Shown: piece by piece, positions 50,039 to 59,384 of the stretch | Layout of the letters: every line of letters starts with the position of its first letter | Position numbering within the stretch: the stretch's first letter is position 1 | Position numbers and translations under genes: made by a program | Assembly: GCA_040879435.1 (NCBI GenBank) | Contig: JBBDKG010000012.1 | Span: 2,755 to 66,754 of the forward strand | Length of the DNA: 64,000 nt | Reading direction: 5' to 3' | Source of the DNA: Minisyncoccota bacterium | GTDB lineage: Bacteria > Patescibacteriota > Minisyncoccia > Phycocordibacterales > UBA918 | Notes under the pieces: model-generated | What the model saw: only the letters and a program-made list of their open reading frames with translations | The model's database searches: none | What the model was told of the DNA's origin: nothing

Positions 50039-50683
50039 CTAGGAAACCGCCCTCCACCGCAGAAACCATCCAAGGCTCTCAAGGAACGACGGGCGATGGG
50101 GGTTGTATACCACCTCCGGCATGTCTGGATCATGTACGACCTCGACAGGGAGTGCCGGCAGCATGCATGCTTCCTTCATCGTGTCGAAGACTGACTCGGA
50201 CATGAAGATCGGCAGCTCCGCGTCGCGGCTCCGGAGGCGACGTGCCGCCCCTTCCGCAGAATCATCGGTACCCCATGACCAGTAGCCGCGGGTATGTGTA
50301 CAGACACTCCATTCCCGGAAATCCTTCTCCGGCTCATGTACAAATATCCCTATCCGTTTCCGAGTCTTCCCCACACGCACATCGCAGGTAGAAAGGTCGA
50401 AGATCGGACCAGAGATAACTGATTCAATGCGTCGGAAATCTCCTTCGCCAAGGATCAGTTGGTCATCCGGTTCGTAGTTGAACCGCATGAGAAAATCGAC
50501 GAGTTCCTGTCCTGGGAAGCAGTGATACCAGTATGTTGGCATCACACTGGGACCATCCAATTCCACACCCCTGGTGGACTTGAAGCCGCACGCGAACCGG
50601 TTCGGATCATCAGTCGGTCTGATGGACAGTGTGATCCGGTTGTGCCCGTCAGGCACGACCGTAAGGGTTTTTGGTAAACGCAT
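50039..50683 (-). CDS. Hypothetical protein
   Basis: TTGACT-N17-TACTTT promoter, SD GGAGG, terminator at about 50002-50029. Confidence 0.6.
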   Translation of the reverse strand: MRLPKTLTVVPDGHNRITLSIRPTDDPNRFACGFKSTRGVELDGPSVMPTYWYHCFPGQELVDFLMRFNYEPDDQLILGEGDFRRIESVISGPIFDLSTCDVRVGKTRKRIGIFVHEPEKDFREWSVCTHTRGYWSWGTDDSAEGAARRLRSRDAELPIFMSESVFDTMKEACMLPALPVEVVHDPDMPEVVYNPHRPSFLESLGWFLRWRAVS

Positions 50684-50772
50684 AGTCTCCTCCATCAACA
50701 AAAGCTCATTTTCTAAGTCGCAAAGTACTATGGCATTTCATGTTAGTCAATGTTAGGATGACCCAACTTATT

Positions 50773-52701
50773 ATGGCAGAAAAAACATCATACGAAGGCG
50801 TTATTCAAATTCGCGGCAAGGGCACCGGGTTCGTAGCGCTCGAAGACTTTCTTGAGGATATCGTTATCCCTCGTGACGACCTGGGATTTGCCCTGAACGG
50901 GGACATCGTTGAGATCGAACTCAAAGCACCTAAAGAAGGTGAACGACGTGAGGGCCGTGTTCTGCGCGTCATTGAAGGGACACACTCAGAGATCATCGGC
51001 ACCGTCCGCAACAACGGTCGTGGACTGGAACTCACACCGGACAATACCCGTATCCATATCCGTCCTGAGCTCCCCGATGCGACCGCAGCTGACGTCGGTA
51101 TGAAGGTCGCTGTCACACTCAACGAGTGGACCGACCCGAAAGCACAACCGACCGCCACAATCGTTGAGGTACTCGGAAAGGCCGGCGACCATGAGACCGA
51201 AATGCAGGCGATCATTCGTGGTGGCGGATTCTCAGAAAACTTTCCACCTGAGGTCGCCGAAGCGGCACAGGAACTATACAAACAAAAGGATCAGATATTC
51301 GCTGATGCGGTGGCGGACCCGAAGCGCCGCGATATGCGTGACGTGCCGACCATGACCATTGACCCGGCTGATGCGAAAGACTTCGACGATGCACTCTCCT
51401 TCCGCCCGCTTCAAAACGGTACGTACGAGATCGGCATCCATATCGCCGACGTTTCCCACTACGTCCGCGAAGGCGACATCATCGACATGGAAGCGCGGGA
51501 ACGCGGTACCTCGATCTACCTCGTCGACCGCGTCATCCCGATGCTTCCCGAGGTACTCAGCAATGACCTCTGTTCCCTGCGCCCGAACGAGGACCGTCTC
51601 GCCTTCTCCGCCGTCTTCACTATTAACGCTGACGCAGCTGTGGTAGACGAGTGGTACGGCCAGACCATCATTCACTCAGACAAGCGCTTTTCATACGAAG
51701 AGGCGCAGGATGTGCTTGATACCAAGAACGGCCCGCACCTCACTGAGCTCTCCACACTCATGGAACTAGGGCGCAAGCTTCGGACACGACGATACAAGAG
51801 CGGTGCGATCGCCTTCGAACAACCGGAGGTGAAGTTCGAACTCGATGAACATGGTACGCCGATCCGTGCATACACGAAGGTACGGACCGAAACGATGCTC
51901 ATGATCGAGGATTTCATGCTACTCGCAAACCAGCAGGTCGCGACGCATATCCACGAGCTCTGCAAGTCCGCCGGCCGGGATACGGCATTCATCTACCGTA
52001 TCCACGACGTACCGAATCCGGACAAGATCGAGGAACTGGCAACATTCCTCCACGCCCTCGGGTACGAGTTTGAGACCAACAAAGGTATGGTGAACGCCAA
52101 GAACATCAATAAGCTTTTGAAGGAGGTCGAAGGGAAGCCTGAGGAGAGCCTCATTAAGGTCGCTACCATCCGATCGATGGCAAAGGCAGTGTATTCCACA
52201 AAGAATATCGGTCACTTCGGGCTCGCCTTCAAGTTCTATACACACTTCACCTCACCGATCCGTCGGTATCCGGACCTCATAGCGCACCGTATGTTGCGGC
52301 GTCACCTCGACGGCTCAATGATCGGCGGAAAAGAGATGGCGAAGTTCGAGAAGATCTCGATCCAATCCTCAGAGCGTGAAGCGGAAGCGGTCCGCGCGGA
52401 ACGTGACAGTATCAAATACAAGCAAGTGGAATTCATGCAGGATAAGGTCGGGCAGACATTTGATGGTGTGGTGACGGGTGTTACCGATTGGGGTATCTAT
52501 GTGGAGGAGAAGAACTCGAAGGCGGAAGGCATGATCCGTCTTGCAAGCATCCGCGGCGACTACTTCACACACGAAGCAAGCAAGTACCGCATCAAGGGCG
52601 ACCGGACTGGCACCACCTACTCACTCGGTGACGAAGTGCGGATCAAACTCGTCCGTGCGAACCTCGAGGAGCGACAGCTTGATTTTGAACTGGTGAAATA
52701 G
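50773..52701 (+). CDS. rnr: Ribonuclease R
   Basis: TIDPADAKDFDDA, HIADV, HFGLA, HFTSPIRRYPD, C-terminal S1 domain. Confidence 0.95.
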   Translation: MAEKTSYEGVIQIRGKGTGFVALEDFLEDIVIPRDDLGFALNGDIVEIELKAPKEGERREGRVLRVIEGTHSEIIGTVRNNGRGLELTPDNTRIHIRPELPDATAADVGMKVAVTLNEWTDPKAQPTATIVEVLGKAGDHETEMQAIIRGGGFSENFPPEVAEAAQELYKQKDQIFADAVADPKRRDMRDVPTMTIDPADAKDFDDALSFRPLQNGTYEIGIHIADVSHYVREGDIIDMEARERGTSIYLVDRVIPMLPEVLSNDLCSLRPNEDRLAFSAVFTINADAAVVDEWYGQTIIHSDKRFSYEEAQDVLDTKNGPHLTELSTLMELGRKLRTRRYKSGAIAFEQPEVKFELDEHGTPIRAYTKVRTETMLMIEDFMLLANQQVATHIHELCKSAGRDTAFIYRIHDVPNPDKIEELATFLHALGYEFETNKGMVNAKNINKLLKEVEGKPEESLIKVATIRSMAKAVYSTKNIGHFGLAFKFYTHFTSPIRRYPDLIAHRMLRRHLDGSMIGGKEMAKFEKISIQSSEREAEAVRAERDSIKYKQVEFMQDKVGQTFDGVVTGVTDWGIYVEEKNSKAEGMIRLASIRGDYFTHEASKYRIKGDRTGTTYSLGDEVRIKLVRANLEERQLDFELVK

Positions 52702-52748
52702 AAAAAGGCCGGTGCATGCACCAGCCTTTTCTGGTCATGCACCGGCCG

Positions 52749-52910
52749 TTACCGAAGCTTGCTGAGTTTCTCCGCGAGACGTGCTCGCCTACCGCGGGCT
52801 TTCTTGTTCAGGCGCTCGCGGTCTGCGATCGCCTCATCGATCAACCGGATCTCCTCCTCGAGTTTCAGCGCCTTCGGGTCGGGTGGAGGTGCCGCTGACG
52901 ATGTGGCCAT
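52749..52910 (-). CDS. Small basic coiled-coil protein (start uncertain, could extend to about 53018)
   Basis: Helical C-terminal half; TTGACT-N17-TATATC promoter at 53093. Confidence 0.4.
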   Translation of the reverse strand: MATSSAAPPPDPKALKLEEEIRLIDEAIADRERLNKKARGRRARLAEKLSKLR

Positions 52911-53168
52911 CGACGTCTTCCGCCTGCCTCTGCGATTCGGGCGTGCATAATAGCCACCAATGAAATCCCGTCTGTCCGCCCACCGGTTCCGCACCGGCTT
53001 TTCGTTTCTATGCTGCAAGTGTACTCTCCGTTTAGCTAGAACCAGACCCCTCTGGGCCAGATATGATATACCACTATATTTGGTTGTAGTCAATGCTGCC
53101 CAGTAACCATTTTCTTTATCTGGTGGTATTATGCAAATAGGAACAATGGCAACGAAAGGAGTCGTGCC

Positions 53169-53450
53169 ATGCGACGGGAACTACTTGTTCTTTTGACCAC
53201 TGATCCGCCTCGTCTTGTTGAGCGTTCGATCGAACTGCAGCGTGTGCTTCACACACTTGTAGGCGACGGTCTCGCAATCAACTACCAGCGCGGAAGCTTC
53301 GCTCAATTCATCGTTCCTTCCCTCCTCTGCGCAGAGCATTTCCAACAGCTTCTCGTAGACAAGGGCCAGAACGATGTAGAAGTGAGCAACTCCGAATCAG
53401 AAATACAAACAGCGGAGAACTGTCATGATTGCCACCTACAAATGGCATGA
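53169..53450 (+). CDS. Hypothetical protein
   Basis: SD AAAGGAG, TGGTATTAT -10 upstream. Confidence 0.5.
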   Translation: MRRELLVLLTTDPPRLVERSIELQRVLHTLVGDGLAINYQRGSFAQFIVPSLLCAEHFQQLLVDKGQNDVEVSNSESEIQTAENCHDCHLQMA

Positions 53451-53514
53451 GGACAAAGGGCCTGGGAACACGACACACGCTGATGCATGTGAGCGCCTCA
53501 GGCCTTTTCTCGTC

Positions 53515-55773
53515 CTACTTCGCCACCGCCTCAGCGTCCTCAAGCTTCACCGACAGCAACTTGCTCACCCCATCCCCCGCCATCGTGACGCCGTAGAGTA
53601 CACCTGCGCGACGCATGGTCTCCCTGTTGTGCGTGATCAAGATGAGCTGCGAGCGTTCGGCGAGCGCTTCGATCATATCGCCATAACGTCGACTGTTCGC
53701 CTCATCGAGCGCTGCATCGGTCTCGTCGAGAATCACAAAGAGCGGCGGATTCACCTGACTCATTGCAAAGATAAGTGCGATGGAGGTGAGTGCGCGCTCA
53801 CCGCCTGAGAGCATCTCAAGTCCCCGCACGCGCTTGTTCGGCAACTTCACATCGAGTTCGATGCCCTCCGCTTCTTCCGTCTCCTCCTCAACCTCTTCTT
53901 CCTCAAGATCTTCTTCACTCTTCTTCCGCACTTTCGGCTTCACCCGCAACAGCTTCGCCTCTCCTCCGCCGAACATAAGTGCGAAGAACCGATTGAACTC
54001 TGCATTGATCTTCTCAATGCCGCTTATGAACTGCGTATCGAGTTCACGTGTGAGTTCGGCGATCATATCGGTCAGTTTCTGGACTGACACCTCAAGATCA
54101 GCAACCTCACGGACCAGAAACTCATCCCGCTCCTTCACCTCACGGTACTCCTTTTCAATATCATCATTCGCGCCACCCAATTCCTCAAGGCGGATCTTCA
54201 GTTTCTCCAGTTCGCGTCGACGGTTCTGCTGCCTTGTTCGTTCCTCCGCCACGATCGTCCCGTTCGTCACCGGCAAACCATTCTCCTTGATATCCGTCTT
54301 CTGATACTCCGTTGCAGCACGTCCAATGAGCGCGACCGCTTCGGTGAGCTCACGCTTGAATTCCTCACGATCGCGTGTGAGGGCAGCAAGCTCCTGGTCG
54401 ATCCGAGCGAGCTCCCCTTCACACTCCCGTTCCTCGTTCACGATCCGGAACATCTCGCGCTCCGCCTCCCTGCTTTCGCTTGCTTCCGCTTCTATCTCCG
54501 TACGTATCCTGTCGTATGTGTGCTGCAATGCTGCCTCTTTTTTGGTGAGTTCGCTGATCTCAGTATCTAGTGACGCCTTCTGTTCCCGCAGCTCTGACAA
54601 CTCCTGTTCTTCGGTCGCAGTGACCGGATCCCCACGTTCCTCACTCTTCACCAAGAACGCCTTGAAGGTATGTATGATGTCGGTGAGGGCACGACGAAGT
54701 CGTGCAACGTTATCGTCCCGCACCGCCTGTTCGACCGCACGCTCGATCTCGTCAGCGAGTGCGGCGACCGACGCATACGCGACCGTCTCCGGTTTCGCCC
54801 GATTCATGCGCTCCGTTGCCGCTTGCACCCGCCGTTCAAGAAAAGCGACCTGTCCCTCAAGCTGGCCAAGTGCCCGTACCCGCTCCTGGTGCGTCGCACG
54901 CGCCTCTGAAAGTTCTGCCTCCGCAGCGACCAGCGCATCCCGCTTCACATCCTTCTCGGCTTCCTGCAGCTTCTGTTTGGCGGCTCTGTGTGCGTCTTTT
55001 AACTCAGTGAGACGAGCCGCCGGCTCACGTCGTGCCTCGGTGAGTCGGTCGTGGTGATACGCGAGATAGATATCCTCGCGCTTCAGGTATGTGGCGTACG
55101 CTGCGGTCAATTCCTCCTTGACCGCTGCCGCTCGCTCGATCTTCTTGATCTGTCGTTCGAGAAACTTCAGGTGCGGGGCCACTTCCCGTCTGAGCGATGC
55201 GACCCGCTCAATGTTCTCGCGCGTCTTTTGCAGTTTCCGCTCTGCTTCGGACTTTTTGAACTGATATACCTTGAGACCAAGAGCATCCTCGATCATCTCA
55301 CGTCGCTCTTTCGGATTCGAGAGCAGGATACGATCTGCTTCGCCCTGGGAAATGATGTGGTGGCCGGATGGGCCGATGTTGGCGGCTGCGAGTAGCTCCT
55401 GTATATCTTTGAGCCGCACACGTGACCCGTTCACCACATACTCGTTCTGGCCGTCGCGGTGCACTACGCGCTCCACGATCACCTCATCAAAATCGACCGG
55501 AAACACACGCTTCTCATTGTTCAGTGTCAGTGTCACTGATGCACGATTCGCGCGCGCAATATGATCTGTCCCGCCCCAGATGAGATCCTCACCGCGCTTC
55601 CCGCGCATGCGCGACGGTGACTGCTCACCAAGAACGAACCGAAATGACTCCGCAACATTGCTTTTCCCAGACCCGTTCGGACCAACGATTGCTGTTATGG
55701 GTGCGGAAAATTCCAGTTCGCCTTTCTTTGCGAACGATTTGAATCCGGAGATTGTAAGTTGCTTCAGGTACAT
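53515..55773 (-). CDS. smc: SMC-family ATPase, short (752 aa)
   Basis: GFKSF, GPNGSGKSN, IISQG, LSGGE, LDETDAALD, ITH; rnc neighbourhood. Confidence 0.9.
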   Translation of the reverse strand: MYLKQLTISGFKSFAKKGELEFSAPITAIVGPNGSGKSNVAESFRFVLGEQSPSRMRGKRGEDLIWGGTDHIARANRASVTLTLNNEKRVFPVDFDEVIVERVVHRDGQNEYVVNGSRVRLKDIQELLAAANIGPSGHHIISQGEADRILLSNPKERREMIEDALGLKVYQFKKSEAERKLQKTRENIERVASLRREVAPHLKFLERQIKKIERAAAVKEELTAAYATYLKREDIYLAYHHDRLTEARREPAARLTELKDAHRAAKQKLQEAEKDVKRDALVAAEAELSEARATHQERVRALGQLEGQVAFLERRVQAATERMNRAKPETVAYASVAALADEIERAVEQAVRDDNVARLRRALTDIIHTFKAFLVKSEERGDPVTATEEQELSELREQKASLDTEISELTKKEAALQHTYDRIRTEIEAEASESREAEREMFRIVNEERECEGELARIDQELAALTRDREEFKRELTEAVALIGRAATEYQKTDIKENGLPVTNGTIVAEERTRQQNRRRELEKLKIRLEELGGANDDIEKEYREVKERDEFLVREVADLEVSVQKLTDMIAELTRELDTQFISGIEKINAEFNRFFALMFGGGEAKLLRVKPKVRKKSEEDLEEEEVEEETEEAEGIELDVKLPNKRVRGLEMLSGGERALTSIALIFAMSQVNPPLFVILDETDAALDEANSRRYGDMIEALAERSQLILITHNRETMRRAGVLYGVTMAGDGVSKLLSVKLEDAEAVAK

Positions 55774-55775
55774 GT

Positions 55776-56228
55776 CTAGTTCACCACAGCGCCGAACCGC
55801 ACTTCATCCTCACCACAGAGCGCGTCCCAGTTGGCATCATTCTCCCGCTCAAGGGTCGCATACACCACTATCCTGTCAGCTCCGTTGCAGCTGTAGCTGC
55901 TGTCGTATACATAGCGATAGGTACTGTCGCCGGGCCCGTTTGGATCATGCGGCACGGAAACGAACGATTCCAAGGCAGTATCGATCGCCTCACCCTCACC
56001 AAAAACCGTGCCGCTCGGGTAGCTCGGGAATGCATCATTTTGCTCCGCATAGAGCCGCAAGGCGATGGCCAACTGGCCGATGTCCGAAATGCGCGCGGCA
56101 TCACGACCATTCTCCCGCGCACCGCCCAACAGCGGTACAATGACAGCGACCAGAAGCCCAATGATCGCGATCACCACGAGCAGCTCGACAAGCGTGAAGC
56201 CTGACGATGTTCGGAATCGTTCATTCAT
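55776..56228 (-). CDS. Type IV pilin / pseudopilin
   Basis: Class III signal G^FTLVELLVVIAIIG, RDAARISD, P.DP. Confidence 0.93.
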   Translation of the reverse strand: MNERFRTSSGFTLVELLVVIAIIGLLVAVIVPLLGGARENGRDAARISDIGQLAIALRLYAEQNDAFPSYPSGTVFGEGEAIDTALESFVSVPHDPNGPGDSTYRYVYDSSYSCNGADRIVVYATLERENDANWDALCGEDEVRFGAVVN

Positions 56229-56293
56229 GGTGCCATAATAGCATCAAACACCCGCGTACAGAGAGCGTACGCGGGTGTATTGTGGGTTTGGTG

Positions 56294-56983
56294 CTACCAC
56301 CCTTTTGCTGCAACAGCGTGCTCGGCAGCCTGCTGTTCCGCTTCTTGCTTGGACCGTCCCTGACCTTCCGCAACCTGCTCGTTGCGTAGGAAGACACCGA
56401 CCGTAAATATACGATCGTGGTCGGGCCCCACCTGCGAGAGCATTTCGTAAGTCGGCGTCACATTGGCATGCTCCTGCGCCAGTTCCTGGAACCGGCTCTT
56501 TGCATCCTGCCAGAGCCGCTTCTCGACGATCTCCTCGGTCCGCTGGTAGAGCTGTCGACCGACGAACGCTTCTGCGGCCTCGTACCCCTGATCGATGTAT
56601 ATTGCACCGATACACGCCTCAAAGGCGTTCGCGAGAATGTATTGTCGTGCACGGCCAGTGTCCTTCGCCTCGCCTTTCGACATCAAGAGAAACTCATTGA
56701 GCCCGATGGCGTCAGCTGCTAAGGCGAGCGAGACCGTATTGACGAGTGCGGCACGCACTGCGGTCAGTTCACCCTCCGGCTTTTCGAGGTACTTGCGGAA
56801 GAGGAAGTCAGTCACCGCAAGCTCAAGTACCGCATCACCCAAGAACTCCAGTCGTTCGTTGTGTTCATGCACAGCTTCTCGATGCTCATTCAGATACGAA
56901 CGGTGGGTGATCGCTGAGAGCAGCGTATTCTTGTCACTGAAAGTTACCCCAAGCAACTCCTCAAGCTTTGATAGATTCTCCAT
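56294..56983 (-). CDS. rnc: Ribonuclease III
   Basis: NERLEFLGDAVL, dsRBD (GRSKQEAEQQAA). Confidence 0.98.
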   Translation of the reverse strand: MENLSKLEELLGVTFSDKNTLLSAITHRSYLNEHREAVHEHNERLEFLGDAVLELAVTDFLFRKYLEKPEGELTAVRAALVNTVSLALAADAIGLNEFLLMSKGEAKDTGRARQYILANAFEACIGAIYIDQGYEAAEAFVGRQLYQRTEEIVEKRLWQDAKSRFQELAQEHANVTPTYEMLSQVGPDHDRIFTVGVFLRNEQVAEGQGRSKQEAEQQAAEHAVAAKGW

Positions 56984-57086
56984 ATTTCTACTTTAACGGT
57001 TAAAGTGAAAAAGGAAAAAGTGCATTTCAAAATTAGAAGCGGTGCTCCAATTTTTCTTGTACTTCTTACTTCTTCATTTGTACCAC

Positions 57087-57998
57087 CTACTTCTTTGCCA
57101 CTGGTCTCTTCGAGACCAGCATCGTCACCGCTTTCGTGACAATAGGTAATATATCCTCATAGAAATTAAGGTCAAGGATATCGGCCACACGGAACCATTG
57201 TGCGTCATCGAGGCCACCGGTCTTCTCAAGCTTGATCTCTTTGTAGTCGGCGCTCGCCAGGAAGTAGTGTACCTGCTTGCGCACCTTCCCGATCTCCGGC
57301 TGCGACGCCACGTATTCGTTCTTTCCAAGTTCTGATTCGATCGTGATGTCGAGACCGACCTCCTCCTTGAGTGCTCGGATAGCGCCCCCTTCGACCGTCT
57401 CGTTCTCAGCAACCTTGCTCTTTGAGAGGGTCCAGTGGCCGAAGATGTCGTGCACGAGCGCAAGATACATTTCCCCGCCTTCCTCTGCGTATACCACCGC
57501 ACCGGAAAGGCGCTGGATCGGCATCTGATCGAACGGGACGTCCTTCTTCCGTCGCTTCGATATCTCATCCTTGCCCGGCTCACCGATCTCCTTGTATACC
57601 GCCCCCAGGACACCGTTCACGAACCGACTGCTGTTCTCACCGCCGAATTGCTTCGCGAGTTCGATCGCCTCATTTATAGCAACCTTCGCCGGCACCTGGC
57701 TGCGGTCCGCAAAGAGGAGCTCAAAGAGCCCGAGACGTAGAATATTCCGGTCGACCGGCGATATCCGGTCGATGGGCCACTCAGGTGCTGCCTTCTCGAT
57801 CACCAAGTCGAGTTCACCCTGCTTTTGGAGTACGCCGTCCAGTAATGTGGTCATGAACGGTAGGTCCGCCTTGTTTGGTGCAAATTCGGCAACGTTGCGC
57901 TCCAAGACTTCCGCAACCCCCTTCTTATCTACATTATTTAAATCCCACTCAAAGAGTGTCTGAAGAACGATTGACCGTGAGAGGTGCCGATTTGCCAT
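57087..57998 (-). CDS. nusB: Transcription antitermination factor NusB fused to a C-terminal NUDIX-like domain
   Basis: DRNILR, VAINEAIELAK.FG, FVNGVLG; then WTLSK...E...AIRALKEEVG. Confidence 0.92.
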   Translation of the reverse strand: MANRHLSRSIVLQTLFEWDLNNVDKKGVAEVLERNVAEFAPNKADLPFMTTLLDGVLQKQGELDLVIEKAAPEWPIDRISPVDRNILRLGLFELLFADRSQVPAKVAINEAIELAKQFGGENSSRFVNGVLGAVYKEIGEPGKDEISKRRKKDVPFDQMPIQRLSGAVVYAEEGGEMYLALVHDIFGHWTLSKSKVAENETVEGGAIRALKEEVGLDITIESELGKNEYVASQPEIGKVRKQVHYFLASADYKEIKLEKTGGLDDAQWFRVADILDLNFYEDILPIVTKAVTMLVSKRPVAKK

Positions 57999-58081
57999 TT
58001 TCAAAAACTAACTATCCGTAACTGAACACAGTATATCATCGTCCGGATCGAAACGAACCCGCATGTGCGGGTTCGTGGGGA

Positions 58082-58390
58082 TTATTTCGATTCCTTTTGT
58101 TCCTCAGCCAACGGTGCCTCAGCGACCGCATCAGCTTCAGTTGGAGCAACCGATTCAGCCTGTGCTTTGATCGATTCGCGCTTGGTGCGCATGCGTTCTT
58201 CACGCTGCTCTCGCTTTGCCGCAAGGTCCATAACCTGCCGCCCTTTATAGAAGCCGCAGGAAAGGCACATGTGGTGCTGGCGGTGCTCACTGCCACAGTT
58301 TGAACACACCGCAAGATTCGGTGCTTTCAGTGCGTGGTGTGAACGGCGGTTCGCGGTGTGCGCCCGCGTGTGTCGCATTCGGATTACCAT
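58082..58390 (-). CDS. rpmF: 50S ribosomal protein L32 (Zn-binding form) with C-terminal extension
   Basis: RRSHHAL, CSNC...HHMCLSCGFYKGRQV. Confidence 0.95.
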   Translation of the reverse strand: MVIRMRHTRAHTANRRSHHALKAPNLAVCSNCGSEHRQHHMCLSCGFYKGRQVMDLAAKREQREERMRTKRESIKAQAESVAPTEADAVAEAPLAEEQKESK

Positions 58391-58474
58391 AGTGGGCAGA
58401 AATATACCAGAAAGTCCTGAAAATAGCAATAAAAAACGGAGGTGACGAAATCGCCACCTCCGGGTCATGCTTAT

Positions 58475-58645
58475 TCAGGCAGCGTACGCCACCTGTTCGG
58501 GGTATGTGCCCCAGTGAGCAGGCCGATCGGCCTGCCGAGCTTGCGCCTCATGCATGGCAACGAGCTGTCGCCACTTTTCTTCACGAGTCGCGTCCCTGCT
58601 TCGTTCGGGTATATCCCTGAACGTGAGGGGTGTTCTTTTTTTCAA
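58475..58645 (-). CDS. Small hypothetical protein (56 aa)
   Basis: TTG start with SD GGGAGG; terminator at about 58432-58462. Confidence 0.45.
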   Translation of the reverse strand: MKKRTPLTFRDIPERSRDATREEKWRQLVAMHEAQARQADRPAHWGTYPEQVAYAA

Positions 58646-58738
58646 GTCTGACCTCCCAATTGAATAATGTACTGCCGCATTTGTATGCGTAGTACGCGAC
58701 CCTCTGTCCCGTACCGCATATGAGCGTACCACACCGAT

Positions 58739-59341
58739 CTATACCCGCAAGCCCCTGCAGAAGCTTCTGCGGTGCACATCCGAGAGACCGTGCTCGAGAA
58801 TGCACGCACAGTGCCGTTTCGTCCCATACCCTTTATGGACCGCAAATTCATATTGTGGATACCGTTTTGCCAACCGTGTCATATATCGGTCACGGCGCAC
58901 CTTCGCAAGAATAGAAGCAAGACCGATACACTGCTCAAGGCCATCACCGCCGATAATGGTGCGTTGACGACCAAAACGCGTCGGTGCGCGAAGAGCACCA
59001 TCAAGCAGCACCTCAACGGACTTGGGTACGAACGCGTTCCGCTTCTCGAGCGCCGCAATGGTCCGTGCAATTCCCTTTCGTACCGATGGCACGATCCCGA
59101 TGTCGTCAATGATCTGCGGGCCGATAAGTGTCACCTGCCAATCGAGCACTCCGTCGCGCTTCAGTGAGCAGGCAGTGTCGAACACGGCGTTCCGCCGTGC
59201 CTCGGACAGCTTCTTCGAGTCATCCACACCTGAGACCAGTTGCCAGTCGAAATCCGCCGTCACCAGCACCGCTCCGACCGCAACGGGTCCAGCGAGCGGT
59301 CCCCTACCCGCTTCATCAATACCAATACGCCACTTTTGCAT
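58739..59341 (-). CDS. rnhB: Ribonuclease HII
   Basis: GIDEAGRGPLAGP, DSKKL, ASILAKV.RD, KGYGT..H. Confidence 0.96.
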   Translation of the reverse strand: MQKWRIGIDEAGRGPLAGPVAVGAVLVTADFDWQLVSGVDDSKKLSEARRNAVFDTACSLKRDGVLDWQVTLIGPQIIDDIGIVPSVRKGIARTIAALEKRNAFVPKSVEVLLDGALRAPTRFGRQRTIIGGDGLEQCIGLASILAKVRRDRYMTRLAKRYPQYEFAVHKGYGTKRHCACILEHGLSDVHRRSFCRGLRV

Positions 59342-59384
59342 TGTATAACTCTACCAGAGATGTTTGGTACAATGGAGGAAATCT

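Noticed and set aside
56984-57086. AT-rich nusB-rnc spacer with a short palindrome (ACTTTAACGGTTAAAGT), considered as an RNase III autoregulation site
   Set aside because: The stem is too short for a typical RNase III substrate and there is no further support.
3483-58462. Many GC-rich inverted repeats after orphan genes, considered as integron attC sites or REP elements
   Set aside because: They share no common sequence or RYYYAAC...GTTRRRY ends, carry U tails, and no intI is present. Ordinary intrinsic terminators explain them.
58475-58645. C-terminus ...QVAYAA resembling an ssrA tag, suggesting tmRNA
   Set aside because: No tRNA-like ends (GGGG 5' end, TCCACCA 3' end) or pseudoknot context; it looks like a normal SD-led small ORF.
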